DNA of 64,000 nucleotides from Eledone cirrhosa (taxonomy: Eukaryota), in assembly GCA_964016885.1 (NCBI GenBank), contig OZ024741.1, positions 24,118,001 to 24,182,000 on the forward strand, in the 5' to 3' direction. Shown here in pieces: positions 38,214-50,400 of this stretch (positions are counted from its first letter, which is position 1; every line of letters begins with the position of its first letter). Under the pieces are notes generated by a model, which was not told the DNA's origin, did no database searches, and was given only the letters and a program-made list of their open reading frames with translations. Both the position numbers and the translations under genes were made by a program.

Positions 38214-38620
38214 ATTATCATCACTTTTTAACATCCATTTTTCCATGCTGGCATGGGTTAGACTAGTTATCTTGTTGTGAGCAATGCATGCCACGTCAGG
38301 TGACCATGTCATGCTTATACAGAACTGATTTTTGCTTGATTTCTACAGCTGGATGCCCTTCCTAGTGCCAACCTCATTTACAGTGAGTACTGGGTACTTT
38401 TTGTCATGACAGCTACATGACCACTTTAGTGTGGACTGGGTACTTTTTGTTGTGACACCTACACAACCACTTTACAGTGTGGACTAGGTACTTTTTGTTG
38501 TGACACCTACACAACCACTTTACAGTGTGGACTGGGTGTTTTTTGTTGTGACCTACACGACCACTTTACAGTGTGGACTGGGTGTGTTTTGTTGTGACAC
38601 CTACGCAATCACTTCAGTGT
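38214..38620 (-). mobile_element. RTE-type 3' end with ~5 copies of a 48-bp subrepeat
   Basis: Core GGATGCCCTTCCTAGTGCCAACC. Unit CCACTTTACAGTGTGGACTAGGTACTTTTTGTTGTGACACCTACACAA. Confidence 0.8.
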
Positions 38621-38904
38621 GGTTAATGAGTTAGTCTTAAAGAATATAGACAAATGATAAAAATCTATTTATAAGAAAAGAAGCCCCTAAAGTTGTGTCC
38701 CTAAGCTATATCTTATTTTGCTTATAAGTCCAGCACTGGCTCCACCAAGCATCAAAGCCTGGTGATGTCTGATCTTCCATACAACTAAATGTGTCTGATC
38801 TTCCATACAACTAAATGTATCTGATCTTCCATACATTTTAACTGAATAAGCTAATAATGGCAAACTTCCATAACACACTTGAATGAACTGCCTTTGTCTT
38901 GGTA

Positions 38905-39004
38905 GACAGCTGTATTTATTACATATTTTATTTTCAGCTGTATTTATTATGTATTTATTACATATTTTATTTTCTATATAAAATATGTAATAAATACAGC
39001 TGTC
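38905..39004. repeat. Inverted repeat with perfect 27-bp arms
   Basis: GACAGCTGTATTTATTACATATTTTAT (38905-38931) and ATAAAATATGTAATAAATACAGCTGTC (38978-39004). Confidence 0.9.
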
Positions 39005-41033
39005 CCTCAAACAATATTAACAGAAGCTATCCAAATTAATAGCTTCTTTTCAACGTTGAGAATATATTGAACTAATATCTGAATGTGTGCTTTCTTAGAA
39101 ACACTATTACGTAAAAATGTTGGCAACAACGATGTATATATATTCTCAGAAGACTTAACAAACTTCAACTTACATAAAATATTAGACATCTACAAATTGT
39201 TCTATATTTAAAATAGTTTACCCCCACAACGAAAGCTGTCAATTACAAACTCTAATAGCTTATTTTTTCCAAATTTTTCTTTCTTTGCTTACGGAATTGT
39301 GTTAACATAGTGATTGTTAGTAACCTATTTTGGCTTGCTGATGCTGTGATTGTTAATACTATGATTGATAACAATACTCTGATTGTTAGCAACATACTAA
39401 CAATAATGATGATAATGCTTAATGTGAAAGTTAATTGCGTTGTTAAATTTCTTAAAATTTTTTATTGTTTTCAAAATCATTTAAAAATTGAGATGTCTTT
39501 TATCATAAATATGGCAATGAAAGAGTAGACTATAAATTTAATCAGTGTTTTCCATACAATGAATGATGTCTTTTCCCATATTAATTTGAGAGTAGTAGTT
39601 ATAAAGTGTCTGTGCTAGGGTGTCCAGCTATAGAAAACATGTCAAAATGGAGCTTTTGTTTAGGGAGGTATAGTTACCCAAACTATTTAGGACACTGCTC
39701 TGATAAAAGGATTGACAGTCTGAATTCTGTCCAACTCATGCCAGCATAAAAAAATACATATAATGGAGATAAATGATAGCTAGCTAGATATAGATTTCAT
39801 ATATTTAGTTAGAATTATTCTCTTATTTATTGAAATAGGATGTAACATTTTATTGGATCTTCTATATCAATTTGATTTTATCTCTTTATCAGTTTATAAC
39901 AGATCAGTGGCTCATTGAATTACACGGCTAAATTTACAATTTCTTCGGCAGTCATTTTTGTTATAGTTGGGTGTGTCTTCTAATGTTCCTTCTCTATTTT
40001 TACTTCTTTTTCTGTCCCCCTTTTCCACCTTTCCGGTTCTTATCTGCCTCTAGTTACATAGTTTCTCTGGACTTAAATACTTGAGGTTCATTCGTCAAGT
40101 TTCTAGGCTATTTGAAAAAGTGAAAAACAAAAATTGATCGGTTGCACTCTTTAAAGAAATTCTGAAGTTGAGTGCATGAGAATCTCAGCTATCAGTGAAT
40201 ATAGTTTAAAAATTGAACTAAAATTATTTAAATTTATTAACAATGTTTTACATTTTTTAATTTCTTTTTTTTACTAAGACTACTTTTGGACTAGTTGTAC
40301 CTTATATAAATCTACTACCAGAATCTAATGTGTTGGGTTGTTGGTCTGTCACATTTGACAACATGTACTATCAAGTCCTAAATAATAGGGGAAATTGGTA
40401 ATTTTTCTAGGTTCTTTCCATCGATTTTAAAAAAGACCCAGAATTTGAGACCCCTGCCCATCCTATTTATTTTATAATGTATGGGATTTCCAGTAATGTA
40501 CTTATTTTGTCATGTATAATTTTTTTTTAATGTATAAAGAAAATTGTCTCAGGAATGTACCACTTAAAATGAAATTTCGGCGGAGATAGATTAGCAAAAT
40601 TTAATAAGCGGGGGTGGGGCTGAAAATTAATAGGGTTGGGGGCATTATTCAAAACCCGAGAGTAAAGAGAAGAGAGCGTTAACATATGGGTTGAAGTACT
40701 GAGCAAAGTAGCAGGTAGAAAGCTACAATGACGTGCACATGTATGTGCACACGCACACGCGGTATCATATGCTGAGAGAACAGTAAATGTTGATAACTTT
40801 TGTATGAAGTATGTTTTGATTTTACCTTCTCTTTGGTTTTGTAAACATTACAAATAGGGTGGAATACAAATATAGTTTTAAATTGGAAAAAATATATTTG
40901 AGCAGTTATATTTTTAAAATGTTGGCGGCAAAGGCTTGGTTATGTGATGGAAAGGTTTGCAGTCTTGGGTTCTGTCCTACTGCATGGTACTCTTCCATTA
41001 CAGCTTTGGGCCAACCAAAGACTTGTATATAAT

Positions 41034-41172
41034 TGTTTCTACTTTAGGCACAAGGCCAGCAATTACCCAGTGCATTACTGGTACTTTATTTTATCGACAC
41101 CGGAAGGATGAAAGGCAAAGTCAACCTCGGCGGGATTTGAACTCAGATCGTAAAGGGACGTAACTCTGCTGG
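41034..41172 (-). mobile_element. 5'-truncated SINE with 17-bp TSD
   Basis: Same family as 22838 and 31833. AAAGACTTGTATATAAT at 41017-41033 and 41173-41189. Confidence 0.88.
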
Positions 41173-41284
41173 AAAGACTTGTATATAATATTCAGTATGG
41201 TTCATGTGATGTCTTGTTTGACAATATATATGGAGGGGCGGGGCGGGGGGGGGTTAACACTTATGTTGAAGGAAGAATATGTAG

Positions 41285-41410
41285 ACATCAAGCCAAAATC
41301 AGTTCTGTATGAACAAGACATGGTCATCCGACCTGTCATTGCCTACAACAGGACAACCTGTCTAACCCATGCTAGCGTGGAAGAATAGATGTAAAACGGA
41401 GATGATAATG
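41285..41410 (+). mobile_element. RTE-type 3' end fragment running into the 41-bp array
   Basis: ATCAAGCCAAAATCAGTTCTGTATG...CTAACCCATGCTAGCGTGGAAGAATAGATGTAAAACGGAGATGATAATG. Confidence 0.8.
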
Positions 41411-44400
41411 GTAGTGGCACATGTGAACACATCACAGTATACAAGTGGCACATGATTACACATTACAGTACACATACTGGTGGTGGTGGCACATGTGTAC
41501 ACATTACAGTACACATACTGGTGGTGGTGGCACATGTGTACACATTACAGTACATATACTGGTGGTAGTGGCACATGTGTACACATTACAGTACATATAC
41601 TGGTGGTGGTGGCACATGTGTACACATTACAGTACATATACTGGTGGTGGTGGCACATGTGTACACATTACAGTACATATACTGGTGGTAGTGGCACATG
41701 TGTACACATTACAGTACACATACTGGTGGTAGTGGCACATGTGTACACATTACAGTACATATACTGGTGGTGGTGGCACATGTGTACACATTACAGTACA
41801 TATACTGGTGGTGGTGGCACATGTGTACACATTACAGTACATATACTGGTGGTGGTGGCACATGTGTACACATTACAGTACATATACTGGTGGTGGTGGC
41901 ACATGTGTACACATTACAGTACATATACTGGTGGTGGTGGCACATGTGTACACATTACAGTACATATACTGGTGGTGGTGGCACATGTGTACACATTACA
42001 GTACATATACTGGTGGTGGTGGCACATGTGTACACATTACAGTACATATACTGGTGGTAGTGGCACATGTGTACACATTACAGTACATATACTGATGGTG
42101 GTGGCACATGTGTACACATTACAGTGCATATACTGGTGGTGGTGGCACATGTGTACACATTACAGTACACATACTGGTGGTAGTGGCACATGTGTACACA
42201 TTACAGTACACATACTGGTGGTAGTGGCACATGTGTACACATTACAGTACACATACTGGTGGTGGTGGCGCATGTGTACACATTACAGTACATATACTGG
42301 TGGTAGTGGCACATGTGTACACATTACAGTACACATACTGGTGGTAGTGGCACATGTGTACACATTACAGTACACATACTGGTGGTGGTGGCGCATGTGT
42401 ACACATTACAGTACATATACTGGTGGTAGTGGCACATGTGTACACATTACAGTACACATACTGGTGGTAGTGGCACATGTGTACACATTACAGTACACAT
42501 ACTGGTGGTAGTGGCACATGTGTACACATTACAGTACACATACTGGTGGTGGTGGCACATGTGTACACATTACAGTACATATACTGGTGGTGGTGGCACA
42601 TGTGTACACATTACAGTACATATACTGGTGGTGGTGGCACATGTGTACACATTACAGTACATATACTGGTGGTGGTGGCACATGTGTACACATTACAGTA
42701 CACATACTGGTGGTGGTGGCACATGTGTACACATTACAGTAAATATACTGGTGGTGGTGGTACATGTGTACACATTACAGTACATATACTGGTGGTGGTG
42801 GCACATGTGTACACATTACAGTACATATACTGGTGGTAGTGGCACATGTGTACACATTACAGTACATATACTGGTGGTGGTGGCACATGTGTACACATTA
42901 CAGTAAATATACTGGTGGTGGTGGTACATGTGTACACATTACAGTACATATACTGGTGGTGGTGGCACATGTGTACACATTACAGTACACATACTGGTGG
43001 TGGTGGCACATGTGTACACATTACAGTAAATATACTGGTGGTGGTGGTACATGTGTACACATTACAGTAAATATACTGGTGGTGGTGGTGGCACATGTGT
43101 ACACATTACAGTACATATACTGGTGGTGGTGGCACATGTGTACACATTACAGTACATATACTGGTGGTGGTGGCACATGTGTACACATTACAGTACACAT
43201 ACTGGTGGTGGTGGCACATGTGTACACATTACAGTACACATACTGGTGGTGGTGGCACATGTGTACACATTACAGTACATATACTGGTGGTGGTGGCACA
43301 TGTGTACACATTACAGTACATATACTGGTGGTGGCACATGTGTACACATTACAGTACATATACTGGTGGTGGTGGTGCATGTGTACACATTACAGTTCAT
43401 ATACTGGTGGTGGTGGCACATGTGTACACATTACAGTACATATACTGGTGGTGGTGGCAGATGTGTACACATTACAGTACATATACTGGTGGTGGTGGCA
43501 GATGTGTACACATTACAGTACATATACTGGTGGTGGTGGCACATGTGTACACATTACAGTACATATACTGGCGGTTGTGGCAGATGTGTACACATTACAG
43601 TACATATACTGGTGGTGGTGGCACATGTGTACACATTACAGTACATATACTGGTGGTGGTGGCAGATGTGTACACATTACAGTACATATACTGGTGGTGG
43701 TGGCAGATGTGTACACATTACAGTACATATACTGGTGGTGGTGGCACATGTGTACACATTACAGTACATATACTGGCGGTTGTGGCAGATGTGTACACAT
43801 TACAGTACATATACTGGTGGTGGTGGCACATGTGTACACATTACAGTACATATACTGGTGGTGGTGGCACATGTGTACACATTACAGTACATATACTGGT
43901 GGTGGTGGCACATGTGTACACATTACAGTACATATACTGGTGGTGGTGGCACATGTGTACACATTACAGTACACATACTGGTGGTGGTGGCACATGTGTA
44001 CACATTACAGTACACATACTGGTGGTGGTGGCACATGTGTACACATTACAGTACATATACTGGTGGTGGTGGCACATGTGTACACATTACAGTACATATA
44101 CTGGTGGTAGTGGCAGATGTGTACACATTACAGTACATATACTGGTGGTGGTGGCAGATGTGTACACATTACAGTACATATACTGGTGGTGGTGGCACAT
44201 GTGTACACATTACAGTACATATACTGGTGGTGGTGGCACATGTGTACACATTACAGTACATATACTGGTGGTAGTGGCAGATGTGTACACATTACAGTAC
44301 ATATACTGGTGGTGGTGGCAGATGTGTACACATTACAGTACATATACTGGTGGTGGTGGCACATGTGTACACATTACAGTACATATACTGGCGGTTGTGG

Positions 44401-47400
44401 CAGATGTGTACACATTACAGTACACATACTGGTGGTGGTGGCACATGTGTACACATTACAGTACACATACTGGTGGTGGTGGCACATGTGTACACATTAC
44501 AGTACATATACTGGTGGTAGTGGCAGATGTGTACACATTACAGTACATATACTGGTGGTGGTGGCAGATGTGTACACATTACAGTACATATACTGGTGGT
44601 GGTGGCACATGTGTACACATTACAGTACATATACTGGTGGTGGTGGCACATGTGTACACATTACAGTACATATACTGGTGGTAGTGGCAGATGTGTACAC
44701 ATTACAGTACATATACTGGTGGTGGTGGCACATGTGTACACATTACAGTACATATACTGGTGGTAGTGGCACATGTGTACACATTACAGTACACATACTG
44801 GTGGTGGTGGCACATGTGTACACATTACAGTACATATACTGGTGGTGGTGGCACATGTGTACACATTACAGTACATATACTGGTGGTAGTGGCACATGTG
44901 TACACATTACAGTACACATACTGGTGGTGGTGGCACATGTGTACACATTACAGTACACATACTGGTGGTGGTGGCACATGTGTACACATTACAGTACATA
45001 TACTGGTGGTGGTGGCACATGTGTACACATTACAGTACACATACTGGTGGTGGTGGCACATGTGTACACATTACAGTACATATACTGGTGGTGGTGGCAC
45101 ATGTGTACACATTACAGTACATATACTGGTGGTGGTGGCACATGTGTAGTCATTACAGTACATATACTGGTGGTGGTGGCACATGTGTACACATTATAGT
45201 ACATATACTGGTGGTAGTGGCACATGTGTACACATTACAGTACATATACTGGTGGTGGTGGCACATGTGTACACATTACAGTAAATATACTGGTGGTGGT
45301 GGCACATGTGTACACATTACAGTACATATACTGGTGGTGGTGGCACATGTGTAGTCATTACAGTACATATACTGGTGGTGGTGGCACATGTGTACACATT
45401 ATAGTACATATACTGGTGGTAGTGGCACATGTGTACACATTACAGTACATATACTGGTGGTGGTGGCACATGTGTACACATTACAGTACATATACTGGTG
45501 GTGGTGGCACATGTGTACACATTACAGTACATATACTGGTGGTGGTGGCACATGTGTACACATTACAGTACATATACTGGTGGTGGTGGCACATGTGTAC
45601 ACATTACAGTACATATACTGGTGGTGGTGGCAGATGTGTACACATTACAGTACATATACTGGTGGTGGTGGCACATGTGTACACATTACAGTACATATAC
45701 TGGTGGTGGTGGCACATGTGTACACATTACAGTACATATACTGGTGGTGGTGGCACATGTGTACACATTACAGTACATATACTGGTGGTGGTGGCACATG
45801 TGTACACATTACAGTACATATACTGGTGGTTGTAGCAGATGTGTACACATTACAGTACATATACTGGTGGTGGTGGCACATGTGTACACATTACAGTAAA
45901 TATACTGGTGGTGGTGGCACATGTGTACACATTACAGTAAATATACTGGTGGTGGTGGCACATGTGTACACATTACAGTACATATACTGGTGGTGGTGGC
46001 ACATGTGTACACATTACAGTACATATACTGGTGGTAGTGGCACATGTGTACACATTACAGTACATGTACTGGTGGTGGTGGCACATGTGTACACATTACA
46101 GTACATGTACTGGTGGTGGTGGCACATGTGTACACATTACAGTACATATACTGGTGGTGGTGGCACATGTGTACACATTACAGTACATGTACTGGTGGTG
46201 GTGGCACATGTGTACACATTACAGTACATATACTGGTGGTAGTGGCACATGTGTACACATTACAGTACATATACTGGTGGTGGTGGCACATGTGTACACA
46301 TTACAGTACATATACTGGTGGTAGTGGCACATGTGTACACATACTGGTGGTAGTGACAGATGTGTACACATTACAGTACACATACTGGTGGTAGTGACAG
46401 ATGTGTACACATTACAGTACATATACTGGTGGTAGTGGCAGATATGTACACATTACAGTACATATCTGCCACTACCACCAGTATATGTACACATTACAGT
46501 ACATATACTGGTGGTGTTGGCACATGTGTACACATTACAGTACATATACTGGTGGTGGTGGCAGATGTGTACACATTACAGTACATATACTGGTGGTGGT
46601 GGCACATGTGTACACATTACAGTACATATACTGGTGGTAGTGGCACATGTGTACACATTACAGTACATATACTGGTGGTAGTGGCAGATATGTACACATT
46701 ACAGTACATATACTGGTGGTGTTGGCAGATATGTACACATTACAGTACATATACTGGTGGTGTTGGCACATCTGTACACATTACAGTACATATACTGGTG
46801 GTAGTGGCACATGTGTACACATTACAGTACATATACTGGTGGTGGTGGCACATGTGTACACATTACAGTACATATACTGGTGGTGGTGGCACATGTGTAC
46901 ACATTACAGTACATATACTGGTGGTGGTGGCACATGTGTACACATTACAGTACATATACTGGTGGTGGTGGCACATGTGTACACATTACAGTACATATAC
47001 TGGTGGTGGTGGCACATGTGTACACATTACAGTACATATACTGGTGGTGGTGGCACATGTGTACACATTACAGTACAAATACTGGTGGTGGTGGCACATG
47101 TGTACACATTACAGTACATATACTGGTGGTGGTGGCACATGTGTACACATTACAGTACATATACTGGTGGTGGTGGCACATGTGTACACATTACAGTACA
47201 TATACTGGTGGTGGTGGCACATGTGTACACATTACAGTACATATACTGGTGGTGGTGGCACATGTGTACACATTACAGTACAAATACTGGTGGTGGTGGC
47301 ACATGTGTACACATTACAGTACATATACTGGTGGTGGTGGCACATGTGTACACATTACAGTACAAATACTGGTGGTGGTGGCACATGTGTACACATTACA

Positions 47401-50400
47401 GTACATATACTGGTGGTAGTGGCACATGTGTACACATTACAGTACAAATACTGGTGGTGGTGGCACATGTGTACACATTACAGTACATATACTGGTGGTA
47501 GTGGCACATGTGTACACATTACAGTACAAATACTGGTGGTGGTGGCACATGTGTACACATTACAGTACATATACTGGTGGTAGTGGCACATGTGTACACA
47601 TTACAGTACATATACTGGTGGTGGTGGCACATGTGTACACATTACAGTACACATACTGGTGGTGGTGGCACATGTGTACACATTACAGTACATATACTGG
47701 TGGTGGTGGCACATGTGTACACATTACAGTACACATACTGGTGGTGGTGGCACATGTGTACACATTACAGTACACATACTGGTGGTGGTGGCACATGTGT
47801 ACACATTACAGTACATATACTGGTGGTGGTGGCACATGTGTACACATTACAGTACATATACTGGTGGTAGTGGCAGATGTGTACACATTACAGTACATAT
47901 ACTGGTGGTGGTGGCAGATGTGTACACATTACAGTACATATACTGGTGGTGGTGGCACATGTGTACACATTACAGTACATATACTGGTGGTGGTGGCACA
48001 TGTGTACACATTACAGTACATATACTGGTGGTAGTGGCAGATGTGTACACATTACAGTACATATACTGGTGGTGGTGGCAGATGTGTACACATTACAGTA
48101 CATATACTGGTGGTGGTGGCACATGTGTACACATTACAGTACATATACTGGCGGTTGTGGCAGATGTGTACACATTACAGTACACATACTGGTGGTGGTG
48201 GCACATGTGTACACATTACAGTACACATACTGGTGGTGGTGGCACATGTGTACACATTACAGTACATATACTGGTGGTAGTGGCAGATGTGTACACATTA
48301 CAGTACATATACTGGTGGTGGTGGCAGATGTGTACACATTACAGTACATATACTGGTGGTGGTGGCACATGTGTACACATTACAGTACATATACTGGTGG
48401 TGGTGGCACATGTGTACACATTACAGTACATATACTGGTGGTAGTGGCAGATGTGTACACATTACAGTACATATACTGGTGGTGGTGGCACATGTGTACA
48501 CATTACAGTACATATACTGGTGGTAGTGGCACATGTGTACACATTACAGTACACATACTGGTGGTGGTGGCACATGTGTACACATTACAGTACATATACT
48601 GGTGGTGGTGGCACATGTGTACACATTACAGTACATATACTGGTGGTAGTGGCACATGTGTACACATTACAGTACACATACTGGTGGTGGTGGCACGTAC
48701 ACATTACAGTACACATACTGGTGGTGGTGGCACATGTGTACACATTACAGTACATATACTGGTGGTGGTGGCACATGTGTACACATTACAGTACACATAC
48801 TGGTGGTGGTGGCACATGTGTACACATTACAGTACATATACTGGTGGTGGTGGCACATGTGTACACATTACAGTACATATACTGGTGGTGGTGGCACATG
48901 TGTAGTCATTACAGTACATATACTGGTGGTGGTGGCACATGTGTACACATTATAGTACATATACTGGTGGTAGTGGCACATGTGTACACATTACAGTACA
49001 TATACTGGTGGTGGTGGCACATGTGTACACATTACAGTAAATATACTGGTGGTGGTGGCACATGTGTACACATTACAGTACATATACTGGTGGTGGTGGC
49101 ACATGTGTAGTCATTACAGTACATATACTGGTTGGTGGTGGCACATGTGTACACATTACTAGTACATATACTGGTGGTGGTGGCACATGTGTACACATTA
49201 CAGTACATATACTGGTGGTGGTGGCACATGTGTACACATTACAGTACATATACTGGTGGTGGTGGCACATGTGTACACATTACAGTACATATACTGGTGG
49301 TGGTGGCACATGTGTACACATTACAGTACATATACTGGTGGTCGGTGCACATGTGTACACATTACAGTACATATACTGGTGGTAGTGGCACGATGGTGTA
49401 CACATTACAGTACATATACTGGTGGTGGTGGCAGATGTGTACACATTACAGTACATATACTGGTGGTGGTGGCACATGTGTACACATTACAGTACATATA
49501 CTGGTGGTGGTGGCACATGTGTACACATTACAGTACATATACTGGTGGTGGTGGCACATGTGTACACATTACAGTACATATACTGGTGGTGGTGGCACAT
49601 GTGTACACATTACAGTACATATACTGGTGGTTGTAGCAGATGTGTACACATTACAGTACATATACTGGTGGTGGTGGCACATGTGTACACATTACAGTAA
49701 ATATACTGGTGGTGGTGGCACATGTGTACACATTACAGTAAATATACTGGTGGTGGTGGCACATGTGTACACATTACAGTACATATACTGGTGGTGGTGG
49801 CACATGTGTACACATTACAGTACATATACTGGTGGTAGTGGCACATGTGTACACATTACAGTACATGTACTGGTGGTGGTGGCACATGTGTACACATTAC
49901 AGTACATGTACTGGTGGTGGTGGCACATGTGTACACATTACAGTACATATACTGGTGGTGGTGGCACATGTGTACACATTACAGTACATGTACTGGTGGT
50001 GGTGGCACATGTGTACACATTACAGTACATATACTGGTGGTAGTGGCACATGTGTACACATTACAGTACATATACTGGTGGTGGTGGCACATGTGTACAC
50101 ATTACAGTACATATACTGGTGGTAGTGGCACATGTGTACACATACTGGTGGTAGTGACAGATGTGTACACATTACAGTACACATACTGGTGGTAGTGACA
50201 GATGTGTACACATTACAGTACATATACTGGTGGTAGTGGCAGATATGTACACATTACAGTACATATCTGCCACTACCACCAGTATATGTACACATTACAG
50301 TACATATACTGGTGGTGTTGGCACATGTGTACACATTACAGTACATATACTGGTGGTGGTGGCAGATGTGTACACATTACAGTACATATACTGGTGGTGG

